This document shows, one piece after another, positions 17,028 to 24,000 of a stretch of 24,000 nt of DNA. The position numbers were made by a program, and so were the translations under genes. Below the pieces are notes generated by a model. That model was given only the letters and a program-made list of their open reading frames with translations, ran no database searches and was not told the origin of the DNA. The stretch lies in assembly GCF_042683745.1 (NCBI RefSeq), contig NZ_JBHUJX010000019.1:203978-227977 (forward strand), given 5' to 3'. Each line of letters starts with the position of its first letter. The first letter of the stretch is position 1. Source of the stretch: Bacillus sp. CGMCC 1.16607. GTDB taxonomy: Bacteria > Bacillota > Bacilli > Bacillales > Cytobacillaceae.

Positions 17028-17591
17028 GTGTATTTGTTTTCTACTATTACTCATGAAACCCGATCCATTGTACAGTCTTTTAGTAAAATTTCTAAAACAA
17101 AGCGAATGATTATCGGTTCCATATTTAGTTGTTTGGCCGCAGTATTCCAAATGGCGGGTGGTCTTCTGCCGGTTGTAGGATACTTTATTAGCCCTTTAGC
17201 AACTGCACCTATTCTGATTTGTTCCATTTTTTCTAAGTCATTCGGATTATCTTCCTACCTACTAACCATATTATTACTACTAGTTCTGGAACCAAGTGAA
17301 TTGATCATTTTTCCTTTTACAACGGGGTTACTAGGATTAGGAATCGGATTTGCCTTTCACTATTTCGAAAAAAGGTTAAGTATTATTTTGAGTGGCGCTA
17401 TCTCATTAACATCTGGAATCACCATATTATTATTCGGCATGCAATTTCCCGTTTTAGGACCAAGTGTTTCTCATGATTTTGATCTATTAATGATCGGATC
17501 CATTTTTTTATGTTCCATTTTTTATAGTTGGCTATGGGTTGGCTTCGCCTTCAAGAATATTAAAAAATTTCATAAAAGTTTATGGACATAA
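17028..17591 (+). CDS. Uncharacterised multi-TM membrane protein
   Basis: Hydrophobic ORF; best start is GTG 17028 (MYLFSTITHETRS...) behind ggggtgg, not 16989. Confidence 0.65.
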   Translation: MYLFSTITHETRSIVQSFSKISKTKRMIIGSIFSCLAAVFQMAGGLLPVVGYFISPLATAPILICSIFSKSFGLSSYLLTILLLLVLEPSELIIFPFTTGLLGLGIGFAFHYFEKRLSIILSGAISLTSGITILLFGMQFPVLGPSVSHDFDLLMIGSIFLCSIFYSWLWVGFAFKNIKKFHKSLWT

Positions 17592-17625
17592 AGAAGCAGG
17601 GACCTTCACTGGCCCCTGCTTCTTT
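17590..17625. terminator. Bidirectional terminator between convergent genes
   Basis: aaagaagcaggg...ccctgcttcttt, perfect 12-bp stem. Confidence 0.88.
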
Positions 17626-17644
17626 ATTATTCATTAAAAAAGTA

Positions 17645-18586
17645 TTAAGAAAATATTGGAAGTGTGACAATAACAGCCATTAGGAATATGATCGTTATAT
17701 AATTCACTGAATAAATGAAATTCACGCGCGCCCATTTTAGATCATCTTTTGTGAAAAAACCACTAATACACACAACTAACCAGCCAATATTTAGTGCGGT
17801 CGCAATGACAATAAAGGCTGTACCAAGTGACCCTAAATAAAATGGTAGTGGCAGTAAGCCCACAGTATAAATAGCCATTTGCCGCTTTGTCATTTCGAAA
17901 CCGTGGACAACTGGAAGCATCGCTACTTTTGCTGCTTTGTATTCTTCATATTTTCTTATGGCAATTGCAAAAGTATGTGGCATTTGCCAAATAAACAGGA
18001 TCAGAAACAACATAATCGGAACGACATGAAAACCTGGTGCAATGGCTGTCCAGCCTATTAATGGTGTAACTGCACCTGAAATACTTCCAATAACTGTATT
18101 AAGTGTATATCTTCGTTTAGACCACATCGTATACAAAATAACATACGTAAACCAACCAACGAATGCGTAAATAACTGATTCAAAGGTCGTAAATAATAAT
18201 AGAATAAAGCCAATAATAGTTAGGGCAATTCCTAATGCTAAAACCACTTTAAGAGAAATATTGCCTGTTACAGTTGGACGGTTTTTCGTTCTTTCCATGA
18301 TTGTATCAATGTCGACATCGTACCAATTATTAAGAATAAGTGCTCCAGCCATAACTAAAGTACTTCCGATTAATGTTAACCAAAATAAATCCAAGTGATC
18401 AGCTAATGATGCATCGGTAAAATAGAGCGCTAACCAAAAACCAGTAAATACTGGTAAGACATTTGCAATTAAAACAATTCCTTTAAATAATGACTTTAGA
18501 TCAGAAAGCAAACTAAAAAAACTTCGACCATTCGATAAAGCCGTTCCCCCAACCTTCTGTTGAGAAGGTATCTCATATTTGCTCAT
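17645..18586 (-). CDS. ctaB: Protoheme IX farnesyltransferase (heme O synthase)
   Basis: UbiA-type motifs [20 protein letters not shown] and [31 protein letters not shown]. Confidence 0.93.
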   Translation of the reverse strand: [313 protein letters not shown]

Positions 18587-18706
18587 TTAATATCCTCCTC
18601 TAAGAAGAAATCATACATTTGCAATGATACTGTATTTTGGACAGATTGTCATTTCAATTACATATATTTAGAAAAGAATATGATGGAAATTTAATTAGTT
18701 GATAGA

Positions 18707-18825
18707 AAAGCGGAAGCGCACTTGTAAGCCCCGATAAAGTAGACTGGTCGATTGGCTAGAGTTACGTCGGGGCTGAGACGCTTGCGCTGGACAATTTTCG
18801 TAGTCCGGAAATGTTATACTTTTTA
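18707..18825 (+). repeat. Dispersed intergenic repeat, copy E (internally deleted)
   Basis: aaaagcggaagcgcacttgtaagccccgataaagtagactggtcgattggc joined to acgtcggggctgagacgcttgcgctggacaattttcgtagtccggaaatgttatactt. Confidence 0.85.
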
Positions 18826-18875
18826 CTGAAAAAAGACACTCCAAATCGAGTGCCTTTTCATTTATATTTATTATT

Positions 18876-19451
18876 TTAGGCATCCTCTTCTACCATTTCA
18901 TATTCAGAAGGGTCAATGAAAAAGGTATAACCTAAATAGATAACCATCCCTATAGCTGTTGTTAAAAATCCCCAGCCTAGAATAATTTGGTCAATCACCA
19001 AATAGTTATTACATAATTGGTCTTGGGATTGAATGTACAACCATCCTAATCCTAAAAATAGGATAGTAAAAAAAATAATGATGATATTTTTCCCTCTTGC
19101 CCCAAGCTTTTTCCAACTATCCCGTAACGGAATTCCCGCTAAAAAAGGTAGACTTATAAATTTAAACATTTCTACACCTTGTACCGTTAACGCCTCATCC
19201 ATTGTCCGCGGAAGCATCCAATACACCATAACAATTGAAAAGAGGATCATTCCGGGGACTCCATCACTATTCCATTTTTCAAAAAATCCTTTAAATCGTA
19301 CTTGGAAAAAACGTGCCATTAATAATCCGGCAATAACGAACATAGGCATTTGCATATGCATATGCATGATCATGACCGATTCCATAAACTTTGCTACAGG
19401 AGGAATAATTAAAAAGATAAATAACAATAACCCATAGAAAGATTGGTTCAT
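18876..19451 (-). CDS. Oxidase-cluster membrane protein, possibly CtaG-like
   Basis: Multi-TM 191-aa ORF 4 nt downstream of the SCO gene; His/Met cluster MESVMIMHMHMQMPMFVIAGLLMARFF. Confidence 0.65.
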   Translation of the reverse strand: MNQSFYGLLLFIFLIIPPVAKFMESVMIMHMHMQMPMFVIAGLLMARFFQVRFKGFFEKWNSDGVPGMILFSIVMVYWMLPRTMDEALTVQGVEMFKFISLPFLAGIPLRDSWKKLGARGKNIIIIFFTILFLGLGWLYIQSQDQLCNNYLVIDQIILGWGFLTTAIGMVIYLGYTFFIDPSEYEMVEEDA

Positions 19452-19454
19452 CGT

Positions 19455-20147
19455 TTATTCCCCCTTTCCTTCATTAAGGATATTGATAATCGTTTTAGCT
19501 GCTTCATCAGGCTTCGTATAATCCATCACATTAACTAGGTTACCTTTTTTATCGACTAAATAAAAAGCCGAATTATGCGCAAAATTTCCATTTCCATCTG
19601 GAATAACTGTTACTCCGAACCTTTTTAATAAAGAATCTAATTCGGTTTGGTTCGGAATTCTTGCCATTCGCCAGGTTTCCCCATCACTATTAAAGATTTC
19701 TTTATATTGATCAAGTCTTGCTGGATCATCTCTGGTTGGGTCGAAGCTAATACTTAGAAATACAATCTCTTTTCCTATATTTTCACTGGGTAACAAATCG
19801 TACACTTGACCCATGTTTTTTTCCAATTGAGGGCATACCGTTCCACACGAAGTATACATAAATGTGATCAACACATATTTATCTTTGAACTCAGAAATAA
19901 AATATTCCCGTTCCTTGCTATCCTCCAACGTTACTTGAGGAAAGCTAGGCTTATCATCAATGAGTCGATTGACTCTCGCCGTTTCAGCTGTATAGGCTGT
20001 AAAACCATCTGTTCCAATATAAAATAAAACAATTCCAAAAAAGAAAACGAATAAATATGAAATGACAGTTTGCCGATTTTTAATCATATCGACCACTTCC
20101 CAAGTTAAAATTTCCAAATAAGTGTATAAAGAGATAGCCCTAGACAC
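19455..20147 (-). CDS. SCO1/SenC-family copper chaperone
   Basis: Thioredoxin-like fold with CxxxC (VLITFMYTSCGTVCPQL) and later H (NGNFAHNSAFYLVDKKGN). Confidence 0.92.
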   Translation of the reverse strand: MSRAISLYTYLEILTWEVVDMIKNRQTVISYLFVFFFGIVLFYIGTDGFTAYTAETARVNRLIDDKPSFPQVTLEDSKEREYFISEFKDKYVLITFMYTSCGTVCPQLEKNMGQVYDLLPSENIGKEIVFLSISFDPTRDDPARLDQYKEIFNSDGETWRMARIPNQTELDSLLKRFGVTVIPDGNGNFAHNSAFYLVDKKGNLVNVMDYTKPDEAAKTIINILNEGKGE

Positions 20148-20187
20148 CGAGCTATCTCTTTTTTAAAAGATCATTTTTTCTTTTCTA

Positions 20188-20312
20188 ACTGTCCAGCTCC
20201 AGCGGCTAGCCCCTCGAGGTCAAAACCCAATCCGTCATGAAGGTTAAAGAACAACCTTCAAGCCGGCTCGTCTTTTGCTTGTCGGGGCTGATCAAGCCGC
20301 TTCCGCTTTTCG
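20188..20312 (-). repeat. Dispersed intergenic repeat, copy F (short form, opposite orientation)
   Basis: Minus strand: GAAAAGCGGAAGCGGCTTGATCAGCCCCGACAAGC...GAAGGTTGTTCTTTAACCTTC...TTGACCTCGAGGGGCTAGCCGCTGGAGCTGGACAG. Confidence 0.88.
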
Positions 20313-20314
20313 TT

Positions 20315-22012
20315 TTACCAAGTCTTAAAAGGTGGTGAACCTGGAGGTGCATTTACAATCATATCTACTACTGGAATTACATAGGCCATTGCGACAACGA
20401 TGATCATAAGTACAACCCATAGTCCCCATCTTTCTGTCCAATATGGAGTTTTCGGTGCATTCTCTTCTTCTTCTGCAACTGGGAACTCTGTTACTCCTTT
20501 TGGTGCAAAGAACATCATATTAAATACGGCAAACACCTGAATCAGAACAGCAACCGTTAACACGGTTCCACCAATAGCTAACATCATCATATATGGATCC
20601 CAGCCTAATGTTGTTGCAAAGTCACCATATGTTGTATAGGAAGTTCTGCGTGGTGCACCAAACAATCCAACTGTGTGTTGAGCGCCTGACATTAATACCA
20701 TACCAATTGTCCAAAGAATCGTTTGGATAATACCTAGTTTATTTATTTGAGGTGTTAGTACACGTCCTGAAACATAAGGAACTAACCAATAAGAAACTCC
20801 AAAGAATGTTACGGCAACTGTTATACCTAATGTTAAGTGAAAATGGCCAACAACCCAGAGAGTGTTATGAACAACTTGGTCTAATTGGTTTGTGCTTTGA
20901 ACAATACCACCTGCACCAGCTGGAGCAAACGCTGCCATACCGATAAATGGAGCTAAGAAGCGAACATCACCCCATGGTAATTTCTTAAACCAACCAAAAG
21001 CACCTTTTCCACCTTTTGCTCTGCCTGTTTTTTCAAATACTCTAAACATCGCGTAAGCTGTCATCAATGATGGGAAACCGATTGCTAAACTCATAAATAC
21101 GTGCATAAATTTGATTTCTGGTGAAATCGCAGGGTCTACGATTTGATGGTGGAATCCACCAGTAATATTCATGATTACTAATGGAACGATAACCATACGA
21201 GTTAGTAGGTCACTCCAGCGATTACCACCGATTATTTTCGGCACGATGACGTACCATACAGATACAGCTGTTAAATACCAAATATTAACGGCTGTGTGTC
21301 CAAATGCCCAAAATAATGTACGTGCAAGCATTACATTAATTCCATCAACCCAACCATGAACCCATGGAATGATCATGAATAGTACTTCTGCTGCAACAAA
21401 TAATGTAGATCCTACTAAAAGAACATGAACGCCTGTAGCAAAGTAAGCTAAAATTGGTAGGTGTTGGCCTTTATGGGCTTTTCTCCAATTTGCTACTTGA
21501 ATAAAGATACTGATTGAATTCGTCCAAATACCTAGTACGATCAGAACTAATCCATAATAGAAAACTGGATGTGCTGCCAATGGTGGATAGAAGGTAAACA
21601 TAACAGAAGCTTCACCTAGTATAATCATGGTAGCAACCATTGCAACACCAAGAACTTCTAATGCAAAGCCAATCCAAGCCATTTTTCTAACGACCGGCAA
21701 TAGACCGCCTAATGTATGGGAAACACCTGCATAGAAGTATCCAATAGTAAAAGTGGCGCAAAAGACTAAAAGTAACAAAATTCCATGTGCGCTTAATACT
21801 TGATAATAATTAAGCCATGATGGCAACTCTAGCAGACCAGCACGGTTCAAACCTTGAACTAATCCTAATAGACCACCAAGAAGTAATGCGATAAAAGTGA
21901 CAGATAAATATGATTTCGTTATAATTGCATCTTGCAGGTTTGCACCTAGAACCTTATTTGTTTTTTCTTTAAAGACAGATTTCGTTTTTCCTGTTTGTAA
22001 GACTGATTCCAC
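20315..22012 (-). CDS. cbaA: ba3-type cytochrome c oxidase subunit I
   Basis: Heme-copper oxidase subunit I (LSAHGILLLLVFCATF, WAFGHTAVNIWYLTAVSVWYVIVP, GFHHQIVDPAISPEIKFMHVFMSLAIGFPSLMTAY). Confidence 0.94.
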   Translation of the reverse strand: MESVLQTGKTKSVFKEKTNKVLGANLQDAIITKSYLSVTFIALLLGGLLGLVQGLNRAGLLELPSWLNYYQVLSAHGILLLLVFCATFTIGYFYAGVSHTLGGLLPVVRKMAWIGFALEVLGVAMVATMIILGEASVMFTFYPPLAAHPVFYYGLVLIVLGIWTNSISIFIQVANWRKAHKGQHLPILAYFATGVHVLLVGSTLFVAAEVLFMIIPWVHGWVDGINVMLARTLFWAFGHTAVNIWYLTAVSVWYVIVPKIIGGNRWSDLLTRMVIVPLVIMNITGGFHHQIVDPAISPEIKFMHVFMSLAIGFPSLMTAYAMFRVFEKTGRAKGGKGAFGWFKKLPWGDVRFLAPFIGMAAFAPAGAGGIVQSTNQLDQVVHNTLWVVGHFHLTLGITVAVTFFGVSYWLVPYVSGRVLTPQINKLGIIQTILWTIGMVLMSGAQHTVGLFGAPRRTSYTTYGDFATTLGWDPYMMMLAIGGTVLTVAVLIQVFAVFNMMFFAPKGVTEFPVAEEEENAPKTPYWTERWGLWVVLMIIVVAMAYVIPVVDMIVNAPPGSPPFKTW

Positions 22013-22026
22013 GGTTCTTCCCTCCT

Positions 22027-22488
22027 TTATTTAACTGTTATCGTTGTACTCATTACTTGGTGGCCGGCACCGCAATATTCATTACATAACACAAGATACT
22101 TACCAGGCTTATCAAATTTTTGTGTGATTTTTTGAATATGTCCTGGCATAACCATTGCGTTGATATTCGTGTTAGCCACTTGGAATCCATGTACAACATC
22201 CTTTGATGTTAAGGTGAAATGTACAGTCGATCCTGCCGGTACTTCAATATTCCCTGGGTTAAAGCTAAAAATCTGAAGCGTCATAACGACTTCATATTCA
22301 TTTTCACCAATCTTTTTAACACCTGGTTGATCGAATGGGGCTGTTTGATCTACTTTTTGTGGATCAATCGTTTCTTTATGACTTGGTGGTTCCATTCCTA
22401 AGGCAAATCCTTGGTAACCTGTAATAATCATAAAGATCATGATCATACCGAAACTTAAAGCAAGCCATATTTTTTCATCTTTATGCAT
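22027..22488 (-). CDS. cbaB: ba3-type cytochrome c oxidase subunit II (CuA)
   Basis: Single N-terminal TM, cupredoxin domain with VLCNEYCGAGHQVM CuA motif. Confidence 0.94.
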   Translation of the reverse strand: MHKDEKIWLALSFGMIMIFMIITGYQGFALGMEPPSHKETIDPQKVDQTAPFDQPGVKKIGENEYEVVMTLQIFSFNPGNIEVPAGSTVHFTLTSKDVVHGFQVANTNINAMVMPGHIQKITQKFDKPGKYLVLCNEYCGAGHQVMSTTITVK

Positions 22489-22500
22489 TTTCTTTCCCCC

Positions 22501-22647
22501 CTATACTCTAGCCATAAATAGACCGAATAGTACAAAATACGTAATAAGAATGACTCCTCCAACTATTCCTACAGAAATCCACGTCCCTACTTTCGAATCG
22601 TGGTCTTTATCTAACTTTTCTTCACGGTTAACTTTTGTAGTTGCCAC
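22501..22647 (-). CDS. Cytochrome c oxidase subunit IIa-like small membrane protein (absent from the ORF track)
   Basis: Hand translation from GTG 22647: VATTKVNREEKLDKDHDSKVGTWISVGIVGGVILITYFVLFGLFMARV; RBS AAGGAGG upstream; one TM. Confidence 0.88.
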   Translation of the reverse strand: MATTKVNREEKLDKDHDSKVGTWISVGIVGGVILITYFVLFGLFMARV

Positions 22648-22758
22648 TGAAAATCAACCTCCTTATATTGTTCATACTCATATTTTAAATGCGAATCATT
22701 ATCAGCGTAGTGAACTGAATCACATGCAACTGTGATTTTACTAACACTCCAAATAAAA

Positions 22759-22797
22759 AAGCAGCGAACAACCTCTTCAAAGGTTTTATCGCTGCTT
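22759..22797 (-). terminator. Intrinsic terminator in the leader region of the oxidase operon
   Basis: Minus strand AAGCAGCGA-taaa-ACCT...AGGTTgtTCGCTGCTTTTTTATTTG. Confidence 0.75.
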
Positions 22798-22860
22798 GTT
22801 CTTGAACACTAGATTCACATGTATCATTTGAGATAAACTTTCACTCCTACTTCCCACCTC

Positions 22861-22946
22861 ATTCAAATCAATATTTGAATATCAATATAGTCAGTTCATG
22901 CAGAATTTACTAATTTGCCAAAAAATATTCAAATATTTGTTTGAAT
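22861..22946. repeat. Imperfect 22-bp inverted repeat with 42-bp spacer
   Basis: attcaaatcaatatttgaatat (22861-22882) vs atattcaaatatttgtttgaat (22925-22946), 20/22 complementary. Confidence 0.75.
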
Positions 22947-22974
22947 GATTTCATACACATTTTTCATGCAAATA

Positions 22975-23020
22975 GGCAGCAATATTACTCTTCTACCAAA
23001 AGAAGGTGACATCCGCTGCC
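22975..23020 (-). terminator. Likely terminator downstream of the GGDEF-EAL gene
   Basis: Minus strand GGCAGC...CTTCT...AGAAG...GCTGCC followed by TATTT; inner stem interrupted by an internal loop. Confidence 0.55.
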
Positions 23021-23055
23021 TTTTTCCTATTTACTATTTATACTAAATAATCTCT

Positions 23056-24000
23056 CTACACATTAGCCGAAAAATAGTGGCTTCCTTGTGTTTGGAAAAA
23101 CCAATTAGCAAAATCTAATTGAGCCAATGGCTGACTAATGTAATAGCCTTGAACTTGATTGCACTTAATTTCATGTAAAAAGTCTATCTGACTTATTGTT
23201 TCTACACCTTCGGCTATTACTGTCAGTTGTAAATTGTGCCCCATTTCAACTATGCTTTTTACAATGGCCTTTGCTTTTTCATTTTCAGCTAGTTCTAAAT
23301 CCCGAATAAAGGTCCTGTCCACCTTTAAAGTATCAATAGGTAAATCTTTTAAATAACTAAGGGAGGAGTATCCCGTTCCAAAGTCATCGATTGAAATTTT
23401 TATACCCAAATCTCTTAGATCATAGAGCAGTTGAATAGCATGATCAGACTGCTGCATGATACTTTCTGTAATTTCCAATTCTAAATTTTCCGGTCTAAGT
23501 TTTGTTTGGGCTAATGTAGTGCGAACGATTTCGACTAGGTTGGGTTGGTGGAGCTGTTTAACAGATAGATTCACAGACATTAATATATCGATTCCATTAT
23601 CCTTCCAAGCATTCAATTGCCTACATGCTTCGGCGATTACCCACTCTCCAATTGAATCGATTAACCCTGACTCTTCTGCTATTGGAACAAATTCTAGTGG
23701 GGATATAATACCAAGCTCAGGATGCTTCCATCGTAACAACGCTTCCGCACCAACCACTTCTCCATTGGTAATACAACATTTTGGTTGGTATAGAAGATAA
23801 AGTTCTTTGTTTTTAATTGCCTTTCTTAGTCCTTTTTCAAGCTCGATTCTTCTTGCATACATTTCTTTCATATCTGAATTGTAAAATTGAATACGATTAT
23901 GATCCTTTTCTTTTGCAAGATAAAGGGCTGCATGTGAATTTTTTTTCAATGCTTCCAACTCAGTTCCATCCTCTGGGTATAAAGAAATTCCTATTCTTGG
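23056..24000 (-). CDS. GGDEF-EAL protein, N-terminus beyond the window edge
   Basis: EAL domain (GAEALLRWKHPELG, ISIDDFGTGYSSLSYLKDLPIDTLKVDRTFI) preceded by the end of a GGDEF domain (PRIGISLYPEDGTELEALKKNSHAALYLAKEKDHNRIQFY); frame stays open to 24000. Confidence 0.92.
   Translation of the reverse strand, partial: PRIGISLYPEDGTELEALKKNSHAALYLAKEKDHNRIQFYNSDMKEMYARRIELEKGLRKAIKNKELYLLYQPKCCITNGEVVGAEALLRWKHPELGIISPLEFVPIAEESGLIDSIGEWVIAEACRQLNAWKDNGIDILMSVNLSVKQLHQPNLVEIVRTTLAQTKLRPENLELEITESIMQQSDHAIQLLYDLRDLGIKISIDDFGTGYSSLSYLKDLPIDTLKVDRTFIRDLELAENEKAKAIVKSIVEMGHNLQLTVIAEGVETISQIDFLHEIKCNQVQGYYISQPLAQLDFANWFFQTQGSHYFSANV

Noticed and set aside
18695-18883. ORF 18695..18883(-)
   Set aside because: Overlaps repeat copy E, no convincing RBS, and the CPAQASQPRRNSSQ segment is translated repeat DNA.
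22439-22735. Plus ORF opposite the subunit II/IIa genes
   Set aside because: Antisense to the supported minus-strand oxidase genes, with poor protein-like composition.
22690-22740. FNR-like site in TGTGATTCAGTTCACTA before the subunit IIa gene
   Set aside because: The half-site spacing is 6 rather than the usual 4 and the right half is incomplete, so it is not reported as a regulatory feature.
22800-22870. T-box or other known riboswitch upstream of the oxidase operon (GAGGTGGGAAG... followed by a terminator)
   Set aside because: No T-box core (for example TGGNACCGCG) or other recognisable aptamer landmarks; the leader is also too short.
1-24000. Novel defence, toxin-antitoxin or mobile gene system
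   Set aside because: I looked for nuclease/ATPase clusters, small paired toxin-like ORFs, integrases, transposases and RT genes. The only nuclease is the UvrC-like gene, and its neighbours look like ordinary chromosomal genes.

Overview
The window looks like ordinary Bacillaceae chromosome. There is no CRISPR array, prophage, transposase, rRNA, tRNA or recognisable defence locus. Recognisable loci, mostly on the minus strand: an ABM-domain monooxygenase, a short YitT-like protein, a MerR/TipAS regulator, a methyl-accepting chemotaxis protein, and a GAF-GGDEF diguanylate cyclase preceded by what I read as a c-di-GMP-I (GEMM) riboswitch. Further along are a DoxX-like protein, a VanW-like lipoprotein, a short UvrC-like GIY-YIG protein, a PspA/LiaI-like pair, a GlcNAc/glucose-type PTS IICB with a separate IIA, the DesK/DesR two-component system, and an acetolactate-synthase-like TPP enzyme. 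The right side holds a ba3-type cytochrome oxidase cluster (IIa-II-I, SCO, a CtaG-like membrane protein, CtaB) and the C-terminal part of a GGDEF-EAL protein cut by the window edge. The most interesting non-coding signals are (1) the riboswitch upstream of the cyclase; (2) six copies, in various states of decay, of an intergenic repeat with inverted ends, whose internal hairpins keep a GTTCTTT (once GCTCTTT) loop while stem sequences change with compensatory substitutions; and (3) a 22-bp imperfect inverted repeat plus an orphan terminator upstream of the oxidase operon. The ORF track misses the 48-aa oxidase subunit IIa gene and includes several spurious ORFs inside the repeats. All hairpins and family calls were made by eye without database or folding tools.
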